DNA from: Phallusia mammillata
Lineage: Eukaryota
Length of the DNA: 64,000 nucleotides
Assembly: GCA_965637545.1 (NCBI GenBank)
Contig: OZ281500.1
Location: 8,184,001 to 8,248,000, forward strand
Direction: 5' to 3'
Each line of letters opens with the position of its first letter. Position 1 is the first letter of the stretch. Below, one piece after another: positions 20,263-35,200 of the stretch. The notes below the pieces were generated by a model. The model was not told the DNA's origin. It searched no databases and saw only the letters and a program-made list of their open reading frames with translations. The translations under genes and the position numbers were made by a program.

Positions 20263-23200
20263 TCACTCTTCTTCGAGCATTCGGTCAAGCTTGCTCTGCC
20301 AGTCCGTGGGTAGACTCTCACGCAGACATTGCATCTGCTCCTGGCCCAACTTGCTCTTGTCAAGCAGTTCGCGTTGCTCCATGATCAGAGCGGACTTCAT
20401 TTTGATGTAGTGCTCGTAATCGGCAAACTGTAAACAATAAGTCACATTTAAAATCACGTAAATAGATTAAAGAACTAAGCCATTTCGAGTTTTGAATTAA
20501 TTGAAATATTAATACATTATGTGCATTTTGAACGTGCGTGAAATTTACCTGTTCGTGGTTAAAGTAGCGAGCGAGAATTTCGGAGACGGTTTTCTGGCGT
20601 CTGTCGATGTTTTCTTTCAGCTGTTTCGCTTCGACGTGTTGTTCGGTGAGCTTCTTTCGTTTCTCACAAAGCTGTTCCTGTTTAAAGAAAAAGAGGTTAG
20701 ATACTATCACAAATACGGTTACAATAACCAAGTTACAATACATATAAGGTTAACACTAATTGGTGCCTAATAGAAATGAATGCTTACCATTTCCTGCTTT
20801 TCGGCGTCCTTTGGCATCATTTGAATGGCGTTTTCGACACGTGCAAGACGAGCAGAGAGCGAGAGAAGGAGATTGATAATTCGGTCGACGTCCATGACGA
20901 AGCTGTTGTACTTCTCCAGCTCGCGGGAGGTACACACTTGTGTGGTGAGGTCGAAAACTTGTTTGCCAAGACACTCGTTTTCACGCATCTCGACTTCTAG
21001 AAGATCTTTCATGCTGTGGAGGTCGTCGAGTTTTTGTTTGATGCTCAGGACGAGTTCCATCTGATAAAAAAGATTCAAGTTAATTTTGAACCGATATATA
21101 ATAGATTTCAACTTGTTTACTGTATTGATTTTTATTTTGTTATTTAAAATATGGTTTTGAAATTCACCTTTTTTCTGTTTATTTCCTCCTGATCCTCATC
21201 GGGTACAAATTCACCTCCAGCCATTTTTTCTTTCACCATGCTGAGGATTTTTCCTTTCGAAGCCGAAGTCTTGTAGTAGGTAGACGAAGCGGGCAAGCTC
21301 TCATGGCTGATGTCAGTCCTGTGTGAATAAAATAAAACACATTTAATACGGGAAGCCACGTAAACCAGGCCAAGAATTCGCAGTCGCACGAGAGGCCGTC
21401 GTGCATTTTGCCTCTCCGCGTTCTGGACCAAGGCATGCAGTATGAGATTCCTAGCTTTAAATAACGTGGTCTGGCAACCATCCCGGTGTGTAAGCAATCG
21501 ACCAAGTCGCCACTCAGTCGGCTTAGCGCAGGAAAAGGTTGCCAGCAGGACGTGACACGCGACAAAGCGCAGTGTAGGAAGTGATAAAGCAGCAACCGCC
21601 ACGTCACAGGGCGTCATGGCAAAATACTCGCGCCACTGTGCATCGACACCGGATGATGAAAGGGCAATACAAACATGTTTTGGTGCAATCAACAAATTGA
21701 TTAGTGTATTTGGCAAATTTAAAATGCCGCAAGTGCGCGTGTTTCCGTCGTATGACCCCTAGTTTCCTTTCCAAGTTATATTAATGCCGTCTAGCCGGTC
21801 GGTTCGGAAACGCAATAAGCCATTCAACCGCCGCAGTATGCAAACACTCGCTATGCAAAGCTCCTCCAGGCGAAAGTCAAAACAACGGAACCGAACACGA
21901 ACTAATTTTTCAGCCCTAGGCGCATTGAACGCGAACCGTAACAGGGGCAGGTTGTACCTCTGCTCTGACAAACAATGAACAGCAAAATTCACGCTGCTGG
22001 CGAATATTTCTTGCAGGTCACGTGAGTACAGGTTATACAGTCAAGTTTTGGGGGCGTGTCAGCGAGGGAAAACATAAGCGCGGGCGCATTCCTTTGCGAT
22101 ATCGCATGCAAAGGGCAGAGCGCTCCGGTCGCGGTCGACCTGGTTCGGTGGGGGAAGGTTGTTTACGCGTTGCATGTCGGAGCCTCGCACGCAGGGCCAA
22201 GTGTTTCCGACTAAGAGGCTTCAATTCAATTCATGTCATTAGAGAAACTTGTAAAGGCTAATCGCTGCACGGCGACCTATTCGCGGAAGCTACAAGTCCA
22301 AATGCTTGGGAAGCCACTTGTGTTCGATGACTGCTCATAACGCGCTAATCATCTACGATCGTGACGTCATACACGTCAAAGCAGATCGCGTGCCGAGGCT
22401 AGAACATTCCCAAACAGTGTGTTAATCCGCGATCACGCGAGCGGACTTTTTGTGGCAACAAAGGTGGTGATTTAGGTTTCGGACCGTTGGCGTGCATTGA
22501 TGTAAGTGCGATATGATGCGGCAAATAAGATAGAGCTGTCAAACACGCATCACAACATTCCACGCACATTTCGTGGCGAACAACTGCACGCAACACTATA
22601 AATACACCGAAATTGTCTGAAATACCTTACGACCACACAGATGTAACTACACGATATTACATTGATCAAGTGTTGCAATAACTTGAAATGGGCATTCAGG
22701 CATCGTTCTCTTACAAACGACTCGTTGACATACATAAGAGGGCAATTCGCAACGCTTCGATTAAAATCTAAACAAAGCGCGGCAGTTCTGACATGAGGTG
22801 GCGTTCGACATACGAAATCACTTAACAGTGCGTGGGTCGCGTGCAGCGAGTTCGAGTGTTGAGCTCGATAAATATCAACAAGCATTCCGCGAGCGGGGGC
22901 CGGGAGAGCACGCACGCGAGATCCTTAATCGCTCCACTTATCAGGGGAGATCAAATCGCGCCAAGCGACTAATTGCGAATGCTCACTGATCATTGAAAGT
23001 GCTAGCCAGTGCCGAGTACGTTAAATGTTGGATCGAAACCCGCCCTCGCTCAGGCGCAAGTGGATAATTACATGCGTTCAACGTTACGCAAGCGTCACCA
23101 GGCAAATTTTGTCACGTAACTTCAAGTTCGCTTTAGCACACGTACGACATGATTGCCGCTTTAAGATCCTTCCGCGCAATTTCGACCCAACCCGCAGTTT

Positions 23201-26200
23201 TGACATTTGCTGAAATTCCAGTGAACGTCCCTAACGACGTCAGAGCGCCCATAACTTGAGCCCGGAATGGGTTCGCACCAAAGAGAATGGGCTAAACCCG
23301 TTCGATTTGCAACGTAACCTGACCTTAAGCATTACGGCGAAAGTGCCGTGTGCAAACTCTTGCGCAACGCGCACACCGAAAATAAGGACCATTGAAAGAC
23401 TGAATATCCAGAAATGTACCTTTTCTTTGGAATTCGTCGAGTAGGCTTGATTGGCAACGGTGAAGTTGGTGGCGAAACATTTCCGTTCGCATTTGTCCAG
23501 CAAATATAAACGACGCGGGCTGTACGAGGAGCCATTGTACGAGTTTTGATTGCAGCTTTTCAAAATCAGCAAATACAGGCAACAAAAGGACCTATTTACT
23601 TATTTTCACGTCTATAAACCACAAGAGATACAAAAGTTGAGACTCAATATCCATACAAGTAAACCTTTACAACTGTCTGCAAGTTCGTACATCTATATCT
23701 CACTTATATGCTTGAGACTATCGCACACCTTCGTGAGAAGAGAGCAAGTGCCGAGTCACGCCAAGGTGGGAAGCATTTAAACTGCGCGAGAGGGTCTGAG
23801 AAAAAGGCAAATCCAGAACGAGAGTCGATCGTTGCCCGGGGCAAAGCGATTCGGCGTCTCGGGAAACTGGAACGACCCGGTCGTATCAAGAACATGGCGT
23901 TCCTCCAGGAATATTTCAAACATATCGAAACGACGGCACACGTCAGTCACTGTCTCTTGGCGACCACCAAAACAAGATTTTGACCTCAGACCAGCGGCAA
24001 TCAGGCGAACGGGTAGTAATATGAAGGGTTGTCAACAAGTTTCCAGGTGCACTCGGGGTTCCCGTAGCGAAGTAATTAGCTGCTATTTATGGAACAAATG
24101 CTTGACCGAAAGCGACAATTAGGGACGGGTTGGTACGACGCTGGGGCAACCGGTGGCTAACATATTGAATAATGACGCAAAACAGCGGGCGTCAACAAGT
24201 TCGTCGTATCAGATTCTATTTCTACGCGCGGTGAATCAAATTTAAACCGCACCCAATTGGAGTTGTCAGATCGCAGTTTAATTTAATGCAAAAGTTTTTT
24301 GTGACGTAACGTGATTCACACATGTAGGAGGAATTGACAAAAGCGTTACGCACATATATGCTATATTTTGACCGCACATTATCCTACCTAGCTTGTTTCA
24401 ACAGATCGAAAATGGTCACTATTACTTTACTGTCACTATAGCAGATATATTCTCATGACTCACAATTGTGAAAAACCACTAAACTGAGCAAACATTAAAA
24501 TTGCTCTTTAGGTATGAAACAGCATTGAAAACAAGACGCTTGGGTGATCCGGGAATCCATTATCAGGCACTAGAGTTCCCCGCAAAAGCCGCTGCGTGCG
24601 TTGGACAATAAAGTGGGGGACACGGCGACTTATCGCTAAACTGACTACGAGATAACTTTCTCCGCAGCACTTGGCAGCCCGTAATTTCTGACTCAACGCG
24701 CAGTAATCCACCGTAGCCGTTCACGAAACGTTGGGTAAGGTGGGTTCGAGCTGGTGATTAAACCACCCGCTGCACGCGATGCTTCCAGGGACCGCTGTTT
24801 GCTTATGGTCCGCCTCGCACGCTAAGCGTCTTCACCGTAACAAAAACAAGGGTGCCGGACTAAGTCGACCGAGGAGACTTGGGGTCTCGGGAGCTCGGGT
24901 GGTGAAAGGAAGCATGGAAAGGGTAAACCCTTGGGTTGAACTCTGTCCATGTAAACGTGAAGTTGCCAGGGATATCGACCGAGCAGCGACATCAGCCCAC
25001 GGCGTTGTTGTAGGAATTAAAGAACAACATGCGGGGATGATCTGCATGTATGACATTCTATGCGGTGCGGTACGCGGTCTTCCATAAGCTTGTCGTAGGA
25101 ATTTTTAAGAGGTTCGGTACTTGATCCAAACAAGAGATTAGAAATTCGTCAGTTTAAACATTCAAAACAGTAGCCAAAAACGATAAAACGTTTTTCTTCA
25201 GAATAGATAAACCATTTCTAACGTCCCACACGTAAACACTTGTTTATCTCGCGAGTTTGGTGCCGTGAAGTAGAAAACAAAAACAATACGCGCTAAGGAA
25301 CCAGTTGTTTGCCAAGTTTGCAGCTGAGCGGAAATGTAAATCTGACCAGCGAAGAGATAGGACAATCCGGTCTCGAAGACAAAGTGCGGTAATTAGCCTT
25401 TCACCAGCCACAATGAATTTGCACCAGCGGTCAAAAAGCTCGCTGTGGGTAGCTTTTTAGCACGCGGGCCTTAATGGACGCGCTAAAATGTCTCCAGTCG
25501 CGTAGATTGCTTGTGGACGCAACACACAGCGTGATGTTGACGAAACATGGACGCACAAACACCAGCACGCTTCTATTGTGTTTTGACGTCGCGATTGCAA
25601 CGGAAAGCGATGACAGCTTACAATGCCCGTCACTGCTGGTAATCAAGGTTACACAGGATGCTCGCTCAATAGGTGAATCAGGTGGAAATGTGGCGAAGTT
25701 CGCGTGACCGTGAAATGGAAGTACAAGACCCGAAACAAATTCCCTACATGCGTCACTCGCAAAAATAAGGGTTGAAGATTTTCAACAATTTAAAAAAATA
25801 GGTATCTTTAAACCAGTGGTTCCAAACCAGGGAAGAATATACATTTTTACATGTGGTTTGTAAATAGACACTTAGGATCTCTGAGAATATAACCTGTGAA
25901 GTTGATAAAAGACCCAATTTTAAATGATCTTTGTATGGTTAAACATGTACTATGTAGTATATTAGGGAGGAGTGGAAATGTATTAAGTTGTTAAGGGAGG
26001 AATTCGTCGAAAAAGGTTGGCACCAATGTTTTAAACTATTTTATTAATGCAACAACTATACCATTGCCAGACGGGGACCCGTAAAAACGAACAGGCGTGT
26101 TACGTCATTAGCACACGAGCAAATTACTGCATGACACGAAGCGATTTAGAAGCCATCATCGGTCGGTGGATCGTCTGAAGCGCAGCATCGGGCTTTGTGC

Positions 26201-29200
26201 TGTCAACGCATATCGCTTGCCGTTTACAAGATACGGGATTAGACGAACCAGGAGCAAGAGACGTGGATCACATCAAAAGCTTCGCGCTAACATGAGTTGA
26301 TCGGTGACGTCAAGGTCGCGACACGACTTGTAAACATAAGCGACTGTTGCATGTGAAGAGAACTTGGAAAGCGATTAGAGTAGCGCTGAACTGACTTTAA
26401 GCCGGATTGATTCGACGAGGCATCATTGCTGCAAACTTGATGGAAAGCTATCGATGGTATAAGCTTGGGAAATTGGGTTACTGGGAACTGACGAGGTTCG
26501 TCGAACTTTGACACGAATCTTAGTTTGTCGTAAATCAATATTTTGATGTGCCTTTGAATGGACGTGGTGGTATTGATACCTGAAGATCTAACAATAGGCA
26601 ACGTTTGCTTGGAACGAAGAATTTGGTCAATAAGTTTCAAAACAAGAGAAACCAAGCATCACATACAGTTTCACCGATAACCGCGTTTAACTCGGCCAGG
26701 TCACTTAATGGGGTGGGACGATTAAGCAAACACGACGAATCGGAATCACAATAGCAAGCGCGGCGCCATGGTTGGAAGAACTGATGACGTTTGCAGGTGA
26801 TGTTTGTTGTGTGATCGGGTTATTCACTGGCCTAAGAGCCGTTGTTTTTACTGTCGTGTTCAAAATACCAACATGTTATCGAAAATCTCAGCACGCGATG
26901 CTATTTTGCCGCGCGCTGTGACGACGACCCCGTGACGTCACAACGGATGTGAGTACCTCCCAAAAGGCAACGATGACTGTCCGTAGTGTGATTCTGGCCA
27001 CTTAAGAGCCGTGAACGCGGAACGCCCCATGCTTGAAGCTCAACGATGCTTGTGGCGACTATTTTGGTAGTTCGAGTCCATTGTGATGCCCCTACTCGAC
27101 AATCCAGCGTTGGGAGGTGGCAAAAAAGTCAAGAGGGCGACCGCGAAATGCAATAACCGCTGCAGGTGTGGGAGAATCACCCAATGTTTGATATTCCGTG
27201 TTGAGCACGTGATTCAAATCTTAAGGGTGGTCTCAAGTGATAGCAAGGAGCTTGTCTAGGTTGAAACATCAGTCAACGCAAAGACAACACTGTTTCAGGG
27301 GGTCCGAAGTATTCGATAGATTTCCAAGTAATGAAATGTTGCTAAATGCCATTAGTACATGTAAATTGAGTAGCCGCTGATAGGTAGGGAGTGCCCGCGA
27401 TTCAATCGTGCGCAACAGCAAACAGTTACTGTCGATTTTCATCGAAATGTGAAAAATCCCTCATTACTTGGTAACAATATCGAAAACAAGCACATAAAAA
27501 CAACACTCCCCGCAGGCAGAAAACTCTTATACCATCGACGCCAATCAACGAGTGGCTCAAAGATAGGATCGTGACGTCATCAAGTGGATGTAACACACAT
27601 AAACGAAGGTAAATGCTTGTGCGATTACGCAGCCTCGCGTTACATGTTACTGAATCACACATTTTTGGCATATCGCGCCACCATAGTATCATCAACGCCC
27701 GCAACGATCGCATTACGACATGCCATGCATAAAAGCGACATTTGAGTCAATCCGCAAAAACCGACGTGCCCTCACCCTGCAGGTGACGTCACTTCGGTGT
27801 TGACAAACGCGATTTAGTGCAGGCGGGGCAGGATTAAGGCGATGCGACGGGAATAGGAACAAGGAAAGCGTGCCAAGTAATCGGGTAATCGCCTTATCGC
27901 GACATTGCTACGCCCTATGTTGCTGTTACCATAGGCGGGAGATCGTCAACCGTAAATAGCAGAACACGATGTTTCGATACTGTAGCATTTACCGCATCAT
28001 CACGCGCCATGCGTTTGCTTGTGTGAAAGGGTTAGACATACAAAATGCACTAACGATAACATAACCACGAAAGGCTTGTTTATAACGGGCGTGATATGTT
28101 CTCAAACCTGCTGGATGCCGGCATTGTTCTTTATCGGTATTCTAGGTGACACGGCAACCTGACTTGTGAGGTAATAAAGATGCTTGCCATCACGATAACC
28201 GCATTAAAGTTCAGGATAAAACTTGGCGAAGGAGAGGCATGTAACTGACGTCACAAGTGCAAGGAGCTTAAACGGGAGAATACCGCATTTTAAAAAAAAG
28301 TTCTGCAAAATCCGTGCATCGATTATCTTCAACTCCGGAATTCGGATTTCATATCGTATCACCAGGGTAACCATTATCGCCAAGCACACGAAAGAGCAGC
28401 CCTTCAATGATTAGAGTCAACAACCGGTTTGTAAAGGACAAGCCTTAAGGGCCTGAAGAGGGGAAGCAGGGAGATGAAATGCTTTAACATTTGCACGTGC
28501 GTCACCCATCACCAACACTGCTTAATCACAAACCACAAAAACTAGTATTTACCAACTATGAACGCGCGTACTAGGTGCTATTTTTCCCGACCGTTTTCTC
28601 GCTCCTGGCGCATTCCCCCACATAATTGGTTAAGCCGATACACGAAAACACCCTGGTTAAAAGCGAGCAACTCAAAATTGATGCGAAAGCTGTCGGGTTT
28701 CGAACGCATGTCATTATCCATAACAAACAGTTGCTGCGCGAAATCATCATGTTTAATGTTTTGAGCAGATTAGCGTCTCGGCGTTCAGTTTCTCCGACGG
28801 CTTGCAAATATTGTGTGAGAACCGATACAGGAGAAAAAGTCTTACTTTCACTCGCACCGAGACGCTATTATGAAGTTTGCAACTCGAAACGTTGTGAAAA
28901 CCAACTAAATTTCGAAGAAACAACATCTGCTAGCATGATTGATATAAGCAAATAATACCCACATTAAAAACTGGCGTATCACGAAGCGACAACATGCAAA
29001 AGGCATCGGGTATACAACGCGCATTGCTCTGATGAAAATTAAGCTGCTTTACATCACTTAACGCAGCGAGTGGTCTGATCGGCAAAACATTACAACACGA
29101 CGGTTACTATACAAGTCTCCATCACGAATACAAGCAATGGAAAGGTGGATTCCCGTGTTTTTGCCTAAATCACGATATTTTCGCGGAAAGTCCCTTTTTC

Positions 29201-32200
29201 CCGGTGGAGAAAGAACATGTAATGAAGTAATGCGAAAACATGACTTGCATGTACGCAAGAAAGCGTGCAACGACAATGTTAGAAACAAAGGTGACCCCAA
29301 GACCTTTCGAACATCCAAAACCCTGCAATTAGCCAAAGGAAGTGTCCATGAAGAAGAAATGCCAGTAGTTAGACAGTATGAAGGTCAATTTTTTGCCAAA
29401 TTCACACTAACATCTCAAATTCAAATTCGATTAATGAATTGACCACTTAGTCACAACTATTTCTATATCTCAACAATCGAAAAGATAAAGTAACCTTTAA
29501 GGCAAACATACGAGGTATATCGAACCTTCATTACCGCAGATGATTCCATTAAACTTACAACTTAATTTGGAGCACGAAACGTGTGCAAAACTGAACGTGA
29601 GTAGTTCATATTGCTTGTAAATTGAAGTAACGGTTAAATTATTATCTACATATTGAACCTTTCCTTCGTGTGCCACGTACAAGCACCGATGCGTCAGCAC
29701 GCATCCAAAAATACATTGCAACTTGTAAGTAATCAAGTGCCTTGCTCCAGGCTGCGTAATACATCGCACATTCAGGAGCCGGCATTGTATTTAAGAAAAC
29801 TACGTGACGTGCTATGGCCTATAGGTTAATGTCACCTTAAAACCAATGGTGCCTTGTTGGCGGGTACACCGGGAGTCCATGCGGGCGTCGATATAAAATA
29901 ACCGGGTTAGTTCAATCGCTACGTGTGTGCTTACGTCAGTCAGGGTGAATGCTGCGTGGCCGGCAGTCGCGAGTTAGGCAACGCATTCGGCTTTACGCAA
30001 GCGGCATCCAACGCAATGTCAATCAAATGCTAAGGCAAACGCAAAACTGGCGGTTGTTAGGCGAAAACATAAACCAAAAAAAACTTGTGTGATGAAATCA
30101 GGCATCATGTCAAAAAGAAAACTGCAAACCGAAACACATGGGGGTGATTAGTATGAGCTACCATACAGGCGGGCATTCGCATTCAACCGAAAGTCGGCCG
30201 ATCTACCTGAACTTGCGCATATACTCGCGCGGGTCGCGGTCAATAACGAGAAGTTGTTCGCTTGGCACTGGTCGACCATTCGTACTGTCATATAAAAAAG
30301 ATAGAGTTTATTTGTTGTCAGCCATTTGTGTATTGGTAAAGTAGGGATATCCCTGCATGCCAACATATGCCCAATACAGGGATTGCAAATCTTCTATATT
30401 GGGAGAAGAATAGCGCCCCTGACATTGATAATATGCACTCGTGCATTTGTCTCGACCTCAACCGGAATTGGGCACGGCACTAATGTACCTTGCTTCATCA
30501 ATTGTGTATTAGTGCTATATATACACGCCCGTGCGAAGGCGCGATACATGGTCAGAGCCGATGGGATCTTTTCATAAGCATGCTCACATCTTATCAGGGG
30601 AAGTTGCATAAAGAGCAAATACACACCTAGGGTCCAAGTTTATGTCCAATGTGCAATGAAAATAGAATGATAAGACATACGGTTACATCACAGGCGTGCT
30701 GGGGTTTCACGCAAAGGCTATTTTGCTTTTTTTCTGTTTAATGACGAATGAACGGTTAGGAAAAGATTACCGATTGTTTGCAGAAGTAAAGGCGTTTTGA
30801 GTAATGAGCTACAAACTGGCGGATTTGTTTTTCTGCAATTGAGAAGGGTGTTTGTACGGAAACGGCTGTAATAACACACGTTTTTAGCTGGGTGTTTTGG
30901 GGCACATATGTTTTCCGAGTTGTTTTGAAATCGGGAGACTACAACCTTATATCACGTTCACAATGGGTTGTTTAGGTTTGTACAAGATTCGAGAACGTTC
31001 CATGAAACCGGGTTTTGATCGTGACATGCAATGTTGTATGTCTTCCGAAAAGACAACCACGGGACAGTAACGCTGCAAGGCCAAATGCGCGAAGTGATAG
31101 AGCAATCGCATGGATCTATAGTGATATGCCAGCAAATTGATTTTATCGCATTACAGCTGTACATATTAATCATTTTGCTTGTCCAGAGATAACATTAAAA
31201 TATTTTATCGCAGTAGTGATGTTTCTTTTTCGTACAGACTATATCGTGCGCGAATGCACGTCTAGGGGCAATTTTTTGGCACCCGTTACTACAGACTGCA
31301 CCTAATTGCCTGTTTTCGTGCAAAACCGGAACCAGTGCGCAATTAGGGCAAGGTGTTGTGGTCGAATAATGACAAATCGTGTGTCAGTGTTGGGTGGATT
31401 TACTGGCGGGCGCAGCGAAGGTTGGATTTTGAGGCAACCGCCCTCGAAGTGATCAACAAACTCCCCAAAAACGACCACGTTCCTAATTTAGCTGGAGATA
31501 CTATACGAGGTCACGTGCTACCAGGGGAAGACAGATGATCTGTTTTTAGGCTTGATAACGTGCAGACGGTAAGATTTTGAAAAATGATGCGGTTTGAAGA
31601 TTGAAAAGTGCAAAATAACGCTCGAGGGAAGGGGGATTTGCGATTCGTCACGTTGGTTTGTTCTGTTACATAACCTTGTTATCTGAAAAACAAGGTTGCA
31701 TTTTTATCGTGAAACGTGTCGGCGAAAATATTTGCATGTCAGATTCGCATCGCAAGTGGAATGCTGTATTTTGAACAAGTAACTGGATATATTTTCGTGT
31801 ATGTGCGGGCTTGGTACATTTCAATTGGACGGAAACGCTTTCCACGCGCCATGGAGTGGCTGGAACGCATAATAACACCTTACCCACGCATTATCGCTGG
31901 GGCAATACACCAGCAGCTTTATTACATCCTGTTGTCGTTAACTTAACACTTGGTGGTCGCCACCTTAAACGACGGGCGGGGATCGCGATCACCCGCAACA
32001 TTCGCTGAATAGAAAGCGGTCGTGAAGTTCGCTGCCGTTTCTCTACACGTCGTGGTGTTAAACCAAGACCGCACAGTCGTATAGCGTGTCACACTGGCAT
32101 TCTTCTTCACGTTTAAGAGTCAAGGGGTTCATTGTTTAGACTAGACACAAGAATTTCGACCCCAGCTCTCGGGCGCGAGTTCACGCGGGAACAATGCAAG

Positions 32201-35200
32201 ATTAAAACTTGGGAAATAGATCTCGCCGCCGGTTCGGGGGTTATCTCATTTGCACTCGACACTTCAGGCTTAGGGGAGATTCGGACTTGCTAGGGGGAAT
32301 TTGATGACGGAAATATCGGGTAACAACCGCTCTAAAGTGTTGTGATTGCAATGCACAGTGTTGTGATTGCAAAGTCTTTCCACACGGTGTGAATATACCT
32401 AAGTCTGCCTGACGTAATGCTTGTGCGCTGCTACACGGTCCAACGGGCCTGTTAGCATTGCTATAGAGTCCAAGTTTGATTTGAACACAAAGCGCAATGT
32501 GCAGTTGGCCTTCGAATGACGTCAACACGCAGTGATTTACGAATATTACAAAGTGATTCAGTGTTGTTAAAGTTGCATTAAACGCAATAGCGCTGGATAA
32601 CAACGCTCAAAACAGGGAAATTTTCGCTCTTACAATCGCGTTTGCATGGCAGAAATTGCGAAGTTGGCAAATTCTCCTCATATGATATATGTTAGCAGAA
32701 ACTGATGAACTGTTTGTGACACGATTAATACCACTTAACCTATAGTTACAATTTGCCGGTTACAAATTGCTAAGTATCAGCGGACTTTCCTCTAACGGAC
32801 TTTGTCGAAGTGGATACAAATTATCGCATGCACATCGCACTTGACAATCGTTTTCACGCTGTAGTCCTGATACGACAATTATACGGATGTAGAAATTCGC
32901 TAGAAAATGCGATTAATATGGGAAAGCACGCTAAGCAAAATGCCTGCAATCATAGGATTTTACAAAAAATCTGTCACTTTGGACCACGGTTCACCTAATG
33001 GGTAATATGCATGTCGACAGTGGGTAAGATGACTAAGGTATTACCATACACGCTGCGGAGGCATGATAACAGGCAGGTACTGTACGCCGGGCGAAATATT
33101 TGCAAACGCTTTGGCGGCAAAAACATGGGCGCGGTGTTTTAATCATTATAATTTGCCGATTGATACAAAACGTTTTGCTGACCGCGTCGCTTTGGGCGTG
33201 TTTTATAGCCGCTAATTTGCGCTGTTCGATTTAACAGCAAGAACAAGAAAACACGTGGAAAGTATGCCGGGAATAGTACGGGATTCCTTTTCGAACGCAC
33301 GGTCTTACCGCGGGGTGTGGCCGTTTTATTACTGGTCGGAAAATGCAACGTTCGCAAATTAAGGGGCGACCTCAATGTTGTTGCATGGTTTGTTTGTCAT
33401 TAATAGCCCCTAACGGTAAACGCGATGCTGTGGGTTTTACCTACCGCGTGATGTTGTGTCACCAGCGGTTGAGCAATGGCCGCTTCCGGGCGCATATACA
33501 GATCAAGCACAGACAGTTTGTTATCGCACGGTTGCATCAACAAATGAAACGTACACAAACTGTCTACTGACGTATTTGTATGTTGCTACGGTCGTAGGTG
33601 TGATGTGTATGTGTAATAATTTAGGTCTGTCGAAACAAACTGCTTTCACGCAGTTAAATCGTGAAAAACATATCAAAGGGTTTGACATGGGCATAATTAA
33701 AGCAGTGGTTCCCGACCGGGTAGGACATTTTCAAACTTGAGTGGAGGAATTTACTTTGATTTTGCATGTGGTTTGTAAAAGGACAATTACGCTCTGGAAA
33801 TATGACCTGTGTAGCTGATAAAAAAACAAATTTTGTTTGTTTTAGTATTTGCTATGTAGCATATTAGGGAAGAATGAATTTTTTTAAAAGATGTTAGGGG
33901 AGAAATTCGTCTAAAAAGGTTGGGAACCAGTGTTTTAACGGACAATGGGTATTTATAGATCTAGCCCTGGTTCATAGCGTATAAGGCCTTTCTATGCTGC
34001 GAAACGGTCGCATACCAAACTTGGAAAAGCCAGGGGCAAATTGTTGCGCATTTTCTATACAAGAGCCACTTTCTCTTGATCTCGGTTGCGCGGTTGGTTA
34101 CGTCAAAAATCTATACACAAGTATGTAAGCAAATCCGTTAACAGGTTAGATACCCCAACCAGCCTATATAGGTGGTTCGCCCAAGCGGTTTGCATACAAA
34201 TAGAAGTTTCATACCTGTTATGGTCCCAAAACAAGGCAATTATCTGGAGTAAGCTACTTTATCGGTTGAGGCAATTTAACTAACAAAATACGTTGTGTTA
34301 TTTTGACGACGAAGATTTAATAGGTGCTGTAGGTTATTACACTCGACACCGCCCTGACCTTTCGTAACTGCTAAGTAGGCGATATTACGGGACATGGACC
34401 GAATCAGCACGTTCAAATTAGCATACACTGCGACAGATTAGCATAAACATTTAGCACACGTTACACTGGCTTAAACAAGTCGCGGCGTAATTAAGCACCT
34501 AGATTGGCTTCTGGTTTGGGAAAAGTTTTCACCATGTTGCGGAATTAAACGCACTCGGGTATTTTTGGATTGAGAAATTGCGTCTGTGCAGTTATTCAGC
34601 ATTTTCTCTGGTTTGAGGACGAATCGCAACATAACGTATTGTACCCTTAGGCTCGGTTATATATGGATCTGTTCCAAATATACTCAAGCGTTTTCGCATG
34701 GTTTACTAGGAGGGATTACCTGGTTGGGAAATAGGAATTCGGGACTATCCATTACGGATTTTTTCAGGGATGCTGGATTAACGTGAAAACTTCACAAGTT
34801 GTTTCAAAATGTCAACAACTCGTTGCATCCTCACTGGCTCCTATCTTTAACTGACTTAGGTTTGTTTGGCTTTGGCGGCAATCGCACAGTCCAATCTGCA
34901 GCTGCACGCACAAGGATTACGGAAAAATTCTACTAACTACAGTTCTTATCACACCGGTATTTGCTATATTGATAAGGGATTCGGTGCCACGTTCATCACT
35001 GTCACACTGCGCAGTTTGCAAGTTCACTAAATGGGTTTTATGCACGCTGCATTACGTCAGCTCTTTGTGCTCGCGCGCCGGGTTTAGTGCTGTCAGTCTG
35101 GCGCACGAACGGCTCGGTTATCCGCTAATTGGATTTCCAAACAATAGGCCGAGTGGTGGAGGTCGAGACGAGATGGAAGGCTGCAGACTGGTGCAAGGAA

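Noticed and set aside
21144-21716. 190-aa ORF as a separate gene
   Set aside because: Only 21318-21168 is a Shroom exon; the rest is intron read-through with no protein-like features.
31297-31350. Possible pre-miRNA hairpin (CCTAATTGC/GCAATTAGG)
   Set aside because: Only 9-12 contiguous pairs with large bulges, and no recognisable conserved miRNA.
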